From positions 94,364,001 through 94,428,000 of the forward strand of contig OX597814.1 in the NCBI GenBank assembly GCA_951406725.2: DNA of 64,000 nucleotides, read 5' to 3'. Below, in pieces: positions 51,940 to 64,000 of this stretch. Each line of letters starts with the position of its first letter. Position 1 is the first letter of the stretch. Below the pieces are notes generated by a model that worked only from the letters and a program-made list of their open reading frames with translations, was not told the DNA's origin and did not search any database. This DNA comes from Octopus vulgaris. Lineage: Eukaryota. The position numbers and the translations under genes are program-made.

Positions 51940-53483
51940 ATATATATTCTAGTTTCAGATCGAGAGCTGCGGCCATGCTGGGCCACCACCTTTTGCTTTG
52001 CTACGCTTTCACTAAACCTCCTATGATATGTTGCATTTGGTGAATAAGAGAGTTTGATGCTGCTGACCTCATCTGCGGTATTTGCCACGAGGTAGGCTCA
52101 TCCGGAACTCTTGACAGAAGATCCAGCTTTGTTGTGAAGGTACTTACGTACGCCCCATATAGGTCTCTCAGGCTTTGCGGGAAGATATTGAAGAGTTATG
52201 GGCCCTTGAAGCCCATGCTGTTGTAGTATATGCTCTTGTATCCTAACATCAATTTTGCGATTTTTGGCACTATACAACAGCTCACCGTTCTACTGTTTGT
52301 GCAGCTGATAATGCCAAAGTTTGTTACAAGCTCTTCTGTGTCATTTTTCGAGTATTCGGAAATAAATCTCTATCCGCGCAACATGAAGGTCAAATATATT
52401 CATCCTCATACGTCTTCCGCGCACTTGAATGTCATAATTTAGATTTGTTGAAAATCTTAGAAAACATTCTATTTCTTTACTTTCCCACTTATTACTTACC
52501 TATTCACATGATTTTCCTTTCTTTTTTCTCTATTTTCGTCACCTTTTTATTCGTCTTATTGTTCGTAATCTACATCTTTCGCTTCTACTAATTACTTTTC
52601 TCACATGCACATTTATCTTCACCCTATATTTTCCTTTCATTTTCTTTTTAGTATCTTTCTATATTTTTCTCTCTTTTTGCTTTTTTTGTTTTTGTTTTTC
52701 CACGCCTGTCGCATGCCTGAACAACCAATCACTCCCTGCCAATATTGTTTTCAAGGTAACTTCATTGATATATGTCAATTAATATGTGATAAATAAGCGA
52801 CAAAAACTACTACGCCATTCGTTGTAGGAGCGGGAACATAATCTCTATGTAACAAATTCAGAGGCATTTTCAATACATCGCACACGCGCTCACGCACACA
52901 GACGTGTACGCACACGCGCATGCACACACACACAGACATACACATACATACCAGTATATACAGACACTTGAGTGCAAGCCAGGGCGGGATTGAAGTATGG
53001 GCCAATGACGCTCATAGCCCAGGGGCCACATGCTTGAGAAGTCCCATGCATTACGAACCAATTTAACTAAACCTTGAAGTTGAAAATAAAAAAATATTTT
53101 ACTATTAAATAAATCGTTTGTAATTTTTTACGTGTGTAAATGTTTTTAAACTATCAGAGTTCTTTTCAAATCATTGAGCCATAAAATTCAATTGAGTACC
53201 TTTCGATCCAACGAAACCCCTTTAAGCTTAAGTTTTTGGCTCCTTGAAACTGTTCAGGAGCCCTAGATTTACGCAGATAAGGGAGCTATATATTATCTCA
53301 CTAAGTTTGTAACCTGCTATGTTTTAAGAAGTATCTCTTTAAAATAGTTTGAGTATGTTTTCTTCCGAAAACATTTTATTCTGAAACCATAGACAAAAGG
53401 TATTTGCACAAGAGTCCCAGTAACTCAGAAGAGCCCCGGTGCTAGCATATAGGTTGATGTGTGTGTGTGTTTGTATGTGTGTT

Positions 53484-53541
<58 letters not shown>

Positions 53542-54545
53542 GTAATAACTGCTCAAGAACTAAATCTCAACTAACATGGAATGTTCTTATGTTTTGCTAC
53601 GTGTTCTTTGAATCACGAAATACTTACACTATATGACTAATTTCGTGCAGAATGCTGTCAGTAACTTATCCCGATTTTCAAGCTAAAATCTTGCTGGACA
53701 TTTATGAGGGAAAATTCATTAATCTAGCATATCTGCTGATGATCCGGAAGGGTTTTGGACATTGTGATGGATTCAGAAGAGCTTGCAAAACCTCTGAGTA
53801 GCTCCTGCGATTTATCCGCGAGTCAGATAATCTTCGATGCTTATTTTATTTGACATGTAATGAACATGTAAAATATAGGCTTCGAATTTCCTCGTAAGAA
53901 TTTACACTCTAACAAGTAAAACGAAGATAAAATTCTGAGAATATTTATTGGCAACCCGAAACGTATATATTTAGAAAATTGTTATATAATTCTAGTAGTA
54001 CAGAGATAAAATCGAAACTCTAATTCTGAATTACATTCCATATATGGTGTGTACGCTTAAATTAGAACGCACTTGATTTAGCTTTATCGGTGCGTATGCA
54101 ATAATTGCAATGTTCAGTTTATTGACCATCCAATTTTTCATGTTGGCTGTTAAACCCGAACATTGCTTTACAGCTAAATTAGATACTTTTTACTTTATAT
54201 TATTGGTGCATAATGGTAGGAAATATTTTGCTTTATATATTTTTTGTTGTTTTTCATCAATTTTTGTTTTGTTTTGGTTTTTCATTTAACGGTACTAGTT
54301 AAAGGAGTGGAAAATGTAAATAGCTTTTGAAAATTTAATCATACAATAGAATCCCCAAAATACTATGAAACTGGAATGAATGGATGACCAGTCTATAGAA
54401 TTTAGAAACATCCTTTATGGAGTAAAAATATAATCAGCTAACCTGCATAATTCAATTTTGTATCTGCTTATTGAAAAGACGAAAAAGGAAATAGAAAAAA
54501 ATTACAAATAAAGGTACCAGCCATATTCAAATATTCAATGTGTAT

Positions 54546-54616
<71 letters not shown>

Positions 54617-54657
54617 TATACACGCATATGTATACATATGCATATATATCTAAATGC

Positions 54658-54723
<66 letters not shown>

Positions 54724-54770
54724 TTATATATATGCATATATACATATATATGTATATGTTCTTATGCTTA

Positions 54771-54833
<63 letters not shown>

Positions 54834-55136
54834 TTACAAGCACACAAATGTGTGTGTATATTATATTTGAAATGCTGACCGGTATTTTAGTTTTAAAATA
54901 TGAATGCTTGCAAAATACATTCAAAAGCAATAAATGCTGAAGTAAATAAACACCAATGTTTGAAGTATTAAAATAGTCTGTGATAAAAAAAAAAAGAATA
55001 GAAAAAGTGTGCATCATGGAAAAGTATTTTAATAACCAGTTTGGTTGAAATACGAATCGAACATGTTCTTTAAATAAATGTGAAAACAAAAAGACGAAGT
55101 GCTGAAAAATTGAATGGATATTCTACATAGTCTTTA

Positions 55137-55218
55137 GAGAGGAGGATTGCTAAAGCTTATTGGGAGAGAGGAGGATTGCTAAAGCTTATTGGGAGAGAGG
55201 AGGATTGCTAAAGCTTAT
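55137..55218. repeat. 29-bp minisatellite x2.8
   Basis: Perfect unit GAGAGGAGGATTGCTAAAGCTTATTGGGA. Confidence 0.95.
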
Positions 55219-55611
55219 ATGTTCTGCAATTTCTGCAATATATAGATGTATTGTTTTATATTCGGATTTCAAATATCGCGGAGCAAGACTTTAACTTTCA
55301 TCATGGTGCGGTCGATATAATAAGTTCTAAACAAAGTCATGGGGTAAAAACATTCTCCTCATTAGAACTGTTCCATCCCATTGCTCTTGGGAAATTCTGT
55401 CTATTAATCCTGGGCAATTGGAAGTTTCATATATGTATACAATCATGGACTCTCCTGTCATTGACAACGCATTAGTGTTCTGCAATTTCTTGCTGAGTAA
55501 CCACACAGATTATTTTTCTGCAGTGACCAAATGTGTTTTTCTTTTTTCACGTAAGTTCACTGTCTTCGTCAAATGGACATCACTTACGCAGGTGCCACAT
55601 ATCATATAGCG

Positions 55612-55735
55612 AAATTATTGCAGAGCAACGTGAAATAAAGCGTTTTGCTCAGGAGCACAGCGAAAAGACCGGTCTGGGAGCTGAAACCACGATCTCGCAA
55701 ATGCGAGTCCAACATTCGGACCACTAAGCCACTGA
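55612..55735 (-). mobile_element. SINE family C fragment
   Basis: GAGCAACGTGAAATAAAGCGTTTTGCTCAGGAGCAC...ACCACTAAGCCAC. Confidence 0.6.
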
Positions 55736-57614
55736 GCAATAGTACTGAGCAACAATAGAGATAGAAGGTGAAAGACCACATATAAAAACTTATGGACCTT
55801 AAATCTAATGTCATTTTTTAACCACACCTCAAAATACTTTCTAGCCCTTTGAACAGTAGCAAAACACAAAACCATACACACAGAGCATGAACATACTAAA
55901 AATGCAGTACTGCATGGTTTTGGTACTACAATTCATCTTTCGCCGATGGGATGTAAATAGATGGAATATGTAAACATCGCCGAATTAGCTAAAGAAAATG
56001 GACTTAAGTGCCTTGGGCTTTTTGTTCTGCATCATTTGTATCGTCAGAAATACAGATCGGCAGTCTGAAACCTGTAACGTATAGCGTTAAAGCTAACCAA
56101 CTGAGAATTAAATATATAAAATAATTAAATAATTGCAGTGATCAGTTAAATCGGAGAGACTTCTCTTCTAAAGTTAGTCACCTATTGTACCTATGGTATG
56201 AATCAATGATGTACGCATTCACAAAGCATTCGTCCTATAGTGGGATTCGAAATAGGAAGTAGAGATTTCGATAATTGTCTAAGTACTATAAGCAACTAAG
56301 ATGGAGTGATGTAAAATAAATAAGTTTTAATAAAGTAAAATAACAAGTAGTAAAGCGGAAGAGCTTATAAGAATGCGAAAAGGAAAGCTGAGTAAACTTT
56401 ATACGTTTCAATCACCAGAAGTAAACGGCTTAGGAATGTGGGTTCATGCAGATCCTACCATTTTGAATGCCGAACAGTAATTGAACCCGCTTTCCACGGT
56501 AAGACTATTTTGGGGAAATTGTTACTCCTATCAAATTCACCGGAAGCGAAGTCACTGCCCGTTCAGCAATTGTTGGGAATCATAAAATGTGAGGGTGATG
56601 TTATTAGGGGAACGGATGAATTAATGATCAGATGTTCGCATTCTATTCGTAGAAATTTCTTACTCTTTAAACTGATTCTGTGATGTCTTCCCCGATTGCT
56701 AGATATGTATCTACAACGTAATAATATAGATCTTAATTACTAGCAATAAGATTCATGGATTATATTAAAGGTAACCTATCTTATTTTAATGTTATTAATG
56801 CATATAACTGATGATATTTAAGCTATTTCTGCCTAACCCTGTTTTAAAAACATGTACTGAAGATTGAAATTTTATATAATTTATATTTCATATAATTTAA
56901 TTTAATACCTTTATTCAGTTTTCTAGAAGCAAATTGAATAATGGTATTAAATTAAGTGATATCCCTATAATGTTTATTTCACTTCCCTAGTTATGGCCTT
57001 TATAATTCTTTATATTCCCATAAATTCTTTTGGCATTTATGTCCTGTACAATTCGTATAATTCTCAGAAATTCTTGTAACTTTTTCTTAATATTGCCCAA
57101 GTTCTCGAGTGTATCTACTGAACTTACATGATTTTGATTGATTTGCATTATTTTCAATAATATTGTGACAATATCAATAGAAAGGCCCATAGATTTTCGT
57201 TTTTTTCTTGGGAATATCGGTTATGTTTTTCCTTCTGTTATTTTTATTCTTTCAGCCCTTAAGTTTATTATTTTTAAATAATTGGTCTCTCTAAAGGTCC
57301 ATATTTTACTATATCTCTATGTTGACACTGATTATCGCCAAAACTACTTTTATTGGTATAGTATATACCTGTGTTTATTTATGCCTATTCTATTTCTATT
57401 AAATTTTTATAACCTGCGATAATGCCTATCTTTGTATATTAATGATTTTATTTCTCTTTTATTCCCTTCTTTTTCCATTCCTCTCCTCTGAAATTTCGCA
57501 GAGATTTTCGCTATTCTCTGCGGAAATTCAAAATCAGACGCAAAACTGGAAGAAATGCTGCTAACTATATTGCTGGTTTGCTAACGTTTCTGCCAGTCAC
57601 TGCCTTCGTAATTA

Positions 57615-57805
57615 TTGGCTTCAAATGTTGGCACAAGGCCAGCAATTTGTAGTAAGTGACTAAGTCCTTTACATCAACCCCAATATTTCACTGGTACTTA
57701 TATTATCAACCCCGAAAGAATAAAAAGCAAAGCTGACTTGGGTAGAATTTGAACTCAGTAAGGTAAAGCATTTTATCCGAGCGATAACGATTCTGCCAGC
57801 TCGGC
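57615..57805 (-). mobile_element. SINE family B, degenerate
   Basis: TTCAAATGTTGGCACAAGGCCAGC...CTGGTACTTA...AATTTGAACTCAG...ACGATTCTGCCAGCTCG. Confidence 0.7.
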
Positions 57806-59344
57806 ATCTACGCAATAATCACCAAATATAAAACATAGTATTTACTGGAAGCTATTTATTTTGTTATTTAATTTTATGTATCTTAAAACAACGAGAAAGT
57901 TTCTATGGTGTCGCTAAACCAATTAAAATAGCAACCAAAAATTCTCCTTCAAATGTCTCTCTACTATGTTATCTGTAACTTGATAAAGTAAGTTAACATT
58001 ATTTACTTATTTCTCTAGACTTTCTACACCTTATGTCCAAATTCACATTTCACCCTTTCTGGGTCTCGATAAAAACAGTACCAATCCAAGGAGTAAATTT
58101 GGTGGAACTTCAATTACATTGGCCTATATACCAAGCGATATTTATATCGGTTCTTTGAGTTCTGCAAGGATTACCTGCGAACGTCAGTGATGTTTAATAG
58201 AATCGGCCTTGTTTATCTCTGGAAAACGCCCGTTGCTTGAAAGATATTTGCATATATGGGCAGTTGCAGCTTCCCACGTTATAAATTTTATTTATATCTG
58301 CGCCTTGGAGTAGAGCTCCTCCAAATAGAAAGCAAATTTCAAGTTAAATGGTCAGCTTTCAACTGGAAAAGCTTATTAAAAAATAAATTTAAAAAACGCA
58401 GCATCTTTAAAGCTAGAGTGCCGTCCATCATGGATCTACTAAATTAAAGCAGGCTTGGTGCAAACGAACATCTTTCTCTACCTTTGTTAACTTTCAATGA
58501 TTCATTTTCTCTGACATTCAACTGCCTCTTCACTGAATATTTCAAGTATTCACACGTATACATTCAGTTTTATGCAGAGAAGTGGGTTGTTCTTCCATTT
58601 TGTCTTTTGTATTTCCTGAATAATAAGACCAAATATTAATTAATAAGGTTAACGAAGCCGATAAACCGATGACCTTTTAAGTCCATGTGATTACTAAAGG
58701 CAAGAATATAATTATTGTTTACTTTAATCATTTAGCAATTATCCGCAACTTTTATTTTTATTTCGGAAAATAATTAGTGGTCTTTGCACTACCAAAATTA
58801 CATAAACACTTATGTGCGTGCATGTGTGTGAGTGTGTATGTATGTATATATATATGTCTGTGTATGTATGTGTGTACTTATGTATGCATGTATGTATGTA
58901 TGTATGTATGTATGTATGTATGCTTCTATGTGTATATTTATGTATGCATGCATGTATGCACGTATGCGTGTATTTTTGCATGTATATACATACATATAAG
59001 TATATACGTATAAAATTATGTAAATGCTTTTTGTGAGACAGGTGGACAGACAGACAGACAGATAGATAAATAGTTAGATAGATAGATATATACATACATA
59101 CATAGATATGCATATATAACTACATGTATATGTGTATATGTACATAACCACAAATACATACATATCCATACATACATGCACACACACATATCCATACGTA
59201 CATACATACATACATACATACATACATACATACTTACATACATACATACATCGTAAGTATTAACAACGCATATATTAATACATGTATATATGGCTGCACG
59301 AATAGTTCCATGTATAAATATCGCATAAGATTTCTCTTTATCCA

Positions 59345-59590
59345 GTTGATTTTATGATTTGGAATACTGTCGGTGTGTGTATCTCCGGTATAGAAGGAAT
59401 ATAAGTTGCCGTTGTTGTTGCCGCTATATATCGATTATCACACATGTTCTTTCTTTTTTTATTCACCACAACAATGTCCAGTTGCCGATGTCTGGCCATG
59501 TGATCGCACCGAAGCATTGCGGGTTTTCTCAAACCACGTCTTTGTTCTTTGTATATCGCGATTTCCACAGAGCCCCCAATGGATCATTCT
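59345..59590 (-). mobile_element. Older RLE-LINE (R4-like) nuclease fragment
   Basis: CDHMARHRQLDIVVVNKK...IIDIA pattern on the minus strand. Confidence 0.5.
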
Positions 59591-59651
59591 TGTCTCCTTG
59601 TTGTTGTTGTTGTTGTTATTATTATTATCATTATTATTCAGTATTATTATT

Positions 59652-61069
59652 TTTATAGCGTGCTTTCACTTCACTACCGAGCGCAGCTCTGTGTGCCTTG
59701 GGTATGTGCTGTGATTTGTTGTGATGCTCTGATGGTTATAGTATGGAAAGTGTTCTGCGTAGGATGTGTGCAGTGCCTAGTAGTGCAATTTTCTGTATGT
59801 TATATGTGTTTGTAAGTCCTTGTTATGTATTTGTTATATGTGTTTGTAAGTCCTTGTTATGTATTTGTCTGAATATTTTTTTATCATGCCTAATGCACCT
59901 ACTATGATAGGAATTGTTTCTGTTTTCAGGTTCCACATTCTAGTTAATTCTATTTCCAGGTCTTTGTATTTTGAGAGTTTCTCCATTTCTTTTAGAGACA
60001 CGTTGTCATCTGCCGGTATTGATACATCAATTAGAAAGCATTTTTTTCTTCATGATCTCTGACAACTATATCTGGTCTGTTGGCCTTAATTTCTCTATCT
60101 GTGTGTATCGGCATATCCCAGAGTATGGTTGCTTTCTCGTTTTCTGTGACCTTTTCTGGTGTGTGCCTATACCATCTTTTTTCTGTTGTTATTCCATAAT
60201 GTTGGCATAGCTTCCAATGTATGTAGGTTCCAACTCTGTCATGTCTGTGAATATATTCCTTCTTAGCCAGGACTGGGCAGCTAGAGATAATATGATTTAT
60301 TGTTTCTTGTCCATCTCCACATATTCTGCAGTTACTTGTAATATTTCTTTTCATTACATGTTTTTGGTAATTTCTGGTGGGGAGGCTTTGGTCTTGTGCT
60401 GCAATTAAAAATCCCTCTGTTTCTGCTTTGAGTCCTGAGCTTCTCAACCATTGCTGGGATTTTTCTTTGTCTATTTCTTTTGCGTTTAGTTTAGTGCAGT
60501 ATTTACCATGAAGGGGCTTTTCTTGCCATCGTTTTATCATGGCTCGTTGCTGTTCTATTTTTAGTTTGGATTTCATTTGTTTTATAGCTTTTGTTGTTTC
60601 TTCATCATCTTCTTCTTCTTCTTTGTGTTTATTAGGTGGTATGATTTCTTGTTTGTATTTGTCAGCTTCCTTAAATACTGAGAACAGTTTTTTGTTTTGC
60701 TCGTGTTTTGCTGCTATCTGGATCAGTTTTCCTTCCTTCTGAAGTAGGTATTTTTGCAGTCCTATGGTGGTTATTTTATAGTAGTTTTCCAGCTGTATAA
60801 GGCCTCTACCACCTTCTATACGTTGTATATATAGTCTTTCTATGTCAGATTTTGGGTGATGCATCCTAGATCCTGTCAGTATTTTTCTTGTTTTCCTATC
60901 TATTTTGGACAGTTCATTTCGTGTCCAGTTAAGGATATTGTAGCTGTAACTTATAACTGGGACAGCTAAAGTGTTGATACCTATTATCTTGTTTTTAGCA
61001 TTGAGCTCTGTTTTTAGTATTGATCTAACTCGTCTATAATATTCTTTTTTTATTTTCTCTTTCATTTGT

Positions 61070-61071
<2 letters not shown>
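59652..61071 (-). mobile_element. 5'-truncated R4/Dong-clade non-LTR retrotransposon (family 1) inserted in (TAA)n
   Basis: 344-aa ORF 60031-61065 with RLY..R.EGGRGL, CCHC knuckle CRICG...ETINHIISSC, RHD and RPDIV. Continues after a frameshift as FLIDVSIP...KEMEKLSKYKDL...IPIIVGALG...LLGTAHILRRTL* (stop 59736-59738). (TAA)n on both flanks. Confidence 0.92.
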
Positions 61072-61116
<45 letters not shown>

Positions 61117-61119
61117 AAC

Positions 61120-61240
61120 AACTCCTCCTTGGCGTAGGCGGAGGTATTGTCTTCAGTCGTGTTTGTTTCTTTGTCCGCGGACAACATATCTCAAAAATCG
61201 CTGGATGGATTGGGATGAAACTTTCAGGGTTGTTTGTTAC
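61120..61240 (+). mobile_element. Helentron-associated (HINE/DINE-1-like) element 5' fragment
   Basis: CTCCTCCTT..GGCGGAGG hairpin, TTGTCTTC..GTTTGTTT..GTCCG microsatellite-like block, and ATCTCAAAA..GATGGATT.GGATGAAACTTTCAGG core pattern. Confidence 0.55.
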
Positions 61241-62219
61241 TGGTCTGATTTATAGTCTTCTCCCTTTTCACAACCATATAACAACATTTGTCCTGACCAA
61301 ACGCCAACACTTCTTCCTTGAGAATGTTGTAATTAGGTCAAGGCTCTTTTTCATCTCATGCATATTCTTTGCATAAGGTTTAAGTCATACAAAGAAACAG
61401 CGTCTAATTTTGATTTTTCTGGTCCCTTGTATATACGTACGTATGTATGTATGTATGTATGTATGTATGTATGTATGTATGTATGTATGTATGTATGTAT
61501 GTATGTGTGTGTGTATGTATGCATGTATGTTTTTCGTATCATGGACAACCAATTAAATGATTTGTAAATAATTATTACATTCGTGGGACGGTTGTAATTG
61601 TTCATCGGTGGATTTTGGAAATAGATATCACTATCCTATGGAGACGGTAATGAACAAGGAATTAGGTGATTGTTTCCTTAAGTTAAAGAATTTTTTCGCT
61701 ATTTATTTTCTTATATTTTTGCCCTCCAATTCCTTTAACAAATAAAACAAATTATCTGCTAACAATAGGAAAACTTTTGGACAGTGGACACACTTTGTAT
61801 GTATATATGAATGTGTTTCTGTCTGTATATATGTGCGTGTGTGCGTGTGTTTGTGTGTGTGTGTGCGCGCGTGTGTGTGTGCATGTATATGTATATGTGT
61901 ATGTGTGTGCGTATATATATATATATATATAAATTATATATATGTATATATAAATGTATATATGTATATACATTTTAAATAAAGATGTATTATTACCGTT
62001 ATTAATCATATTAATAAGGTAATAATTAGATGGCCAGCAAGTTCGCACCATTACAGGCACAATATAAGGCACATTTAGATACGTAGGGTATGTAATACCA
62101 ACAATTATTTCACCCACATTATATGTATAACTGCTCCCCCCCATATATATATATATATATATATATAGGTACACACATACATATGCATATATACCTATAT
62201 ATCTGTATATGTGTATGTG

Positions 62220-62266
<47 letters not shown>

Positions 62267-62319
62267 ATATATACAGATATATAAGTATATATGCATATGT
62301 ATATATGCATATATACATA

Positions 62320-62354
<35 letters not shown>

Positions 62355-62958
62355 GGGGGGTGTTATACATTCATACATACATATATATTTAGGTATGTGT
62401 ACATGCGTGTGTTTGCGTATGTCTATATTGAGGTTGTGACGTTATTTTGTGTGATTATATGTAGATATCTGTGCATATATGAATGTATATTTGCTAGCTT
62501 ATTATATATAACTGTTCTAAATCTACGCTGCTAAATGTTCCATTTAAAATAATTACATTAAGTTTTACATTAATAAGATCTGACATCAAAATCGTCATGG
62601 AATGCTTCTATTTTGCATTCACCGCAAATAGCTTCAATATAATGCTGATCATTCCTCTTTATTTTAAGTATTTCACCAACTACCAATACACTAATATGTG
62701 TTGAGCTCATACTAAAGTATTGAAAAACTGCTACAGCTGAATTTAGTCTCATATTTATTATTAGTTGTTTCTATGTTTAATTTCACTTTTGGCATCAAAA
62801 TTAGAATTGCTGGCTAGACAAATATCCGTCCGCCTTTTGTGGCATTAAAGAATTATTTTGTTTCAGTGATAGTAAAGTTGGCCGTGATGAAACTGCTCAA
62901 CGCAGGATTGGCAGTATCTAGTTTTATATTCTGCCCATATGTACCAACTGAAATTATT

Positions 62959-63187
62959 TATTTCTTTACTACCCACAAGGGGCGAAACACAGAGCGGACA
63001 AACAAGGACAGACAAATGGATTAAGTCGATTACATCGGCCCCAGTACTGGTACTTAATTTATCGACCCCGAAAGGATGAAAGGCAAAGTCGACCTCGGCG
63101 GAATTTGAACTCAGAACGTAACGGCAGACGAAATACGGCTACGCATTTCGCCCGGCGTGCTAACGGTTCAGCCAGCTCACCGTCTTC
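62959..63187 (-). mobile_element. Young full-length SINE family B with 21-bp TSD
   Basis: TSD TATGTACCAACTGAAATTATT at 62938-62958 and 63188-63208. Confidence 0.93.
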
Positions 63188-63759
63188 TATGTACCAACTG
63201 AAATTATTGTTAACCTCCTTTCGTCAATGACACAGGATTCTTTGTAAAATATCCAATATTTCTAGTATCTGTCTATAGCCATTTTATCTTTGTATATGTG
63301 AAAGGTCTCCAAACAGGTCTCAGGCATTGATCGCGGGGTATATTATTTAAGGATAGAAAACAGATCAAAGGAGAGAATCTCCATGGAATCACTGGAAATG
63401 CTCCCCATGCAACTAAATCAACCCATCCCGAAATTCTACGGCCTCGTCCCATTAATTGTATACATTAGATTATATTAACTGTGTACTCTAAAAACATGAC
63501 GATATGATCACACTAATGGCAATATACCATCGATCTTACCAGAAATGGGAGCCAAGTTGTAATGTAAGTTCCTTAAATGCTTACCTCAGTTTATTTTTTA
63601 TTTGCGTCAATAGTCGACAGTTTTGCTGTTTATATTAAATATGTCGACATTGAAAATTATTGAAATATTTCATCCTTGAGAAACAGAAAAATGAGAAAAA
63701 ATAAGAAAAATAATGTGACATTCATTTTTTTCTGTCTCTTTATTATTGAGCTCAATTTA

Positions 63760-63972
63760 AGGCAGCGAGATGGCAGAATAGTTAGCACGCTGGGCAAAGT
63801 GCTTAGCGGCATTTGGTCCGACTTTACATTTTGAGTTCAAATTCCGCCGAGGTTGACTTTGCCATTCATCTTGTTGGCTTGGATAAAATAACTATCATTT
63901 GAGCACTAGCATCGATGTAGTTAACTTATCCCCTTCCTCGAAATTGTGGGCCTTGAACCAAATTTGAAGCCA
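63760..63972 (+). mobile_element. SINE family B, full length
   Basis: GGCAGCGAGATGGCAGAATAGTTAGCACG...GAGTTCAAATTCCGCCGAGGTTGACTTTGCC...GGCCTTGAACCAAATTTGAA. Confidence 0.85.
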
Positions 63973-64000
63973 TTATTGAGCTCAGTTAACCCATATTCTC

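Noticed and set aside
52978-53045. hAT-like left end CAGGGCGGGATT
   Set aside because: No matching right TIR or 8-bp TSD found.
53736-53765. CTGATGA followed by a 6-bp stem (hammerhead-like)
   Set aside because: No GAAA after the stem and no stem I or III.
54870-54930. GACCGGT palindrome near (TA)n resembling a third hammerhead
   Set aside because: Core nucleotides cannot be assigned; too degenerate.
55137-55218. 29-bp repeats of CRISPR-like length
   Set aside because: Head-to-tail with no spacers, in a eukaryotic context with no cas genes.
63760-63850. tRNA genes at SINE heads
   Set aside because: A/B boxes are present but there is no intact cloverleaf, and the sequence continues into SINE bodies.

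Overview
AT-rich, microsatellite-saturated eukaryotic genomic DNA. The SINE inventory resembles that of an octopod cephalopod (Octopus-like); this is an inference from recognised repeat types, not a database result. Almost all ORFs in the supplied track are artefacts of (TA)n/(CA)n/(TATG)n repeats. The one convincing host coding sequence is a spliced minus-strand first coding exon (1463-1675) encoding a signal peptide plus the N-terminus of a GH114-like (endo-alpha-1,4-polygalactosaminidase-type) glycoside hydrolase, a family mostly known from bacteria and fungi. The rest of that gene appears to run off the left edge. The remaining ~62 kb is intronic or intergenic and packed with decayed mobile DNA: three tRNA-derived SINE families, mariner elements and MITEs, a pogo-like transposon, RTE and CR1-like LINE fragments, two families of restriction-like-endonuclease (R4/Dong-type) LINEs sitting in different microsatellites, and Helitron/Helentron ends. 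The most notable oddities are the GH114-like animal exon, a minimal hammerhead-ribozyme motif with a compensatory U3-A8 core next to a (TA)n array (plus a decayed second copy), and a 28S rRNA fragment captured inside a SINE whose internal deletion starts at the R2/I-PpoI cut site.
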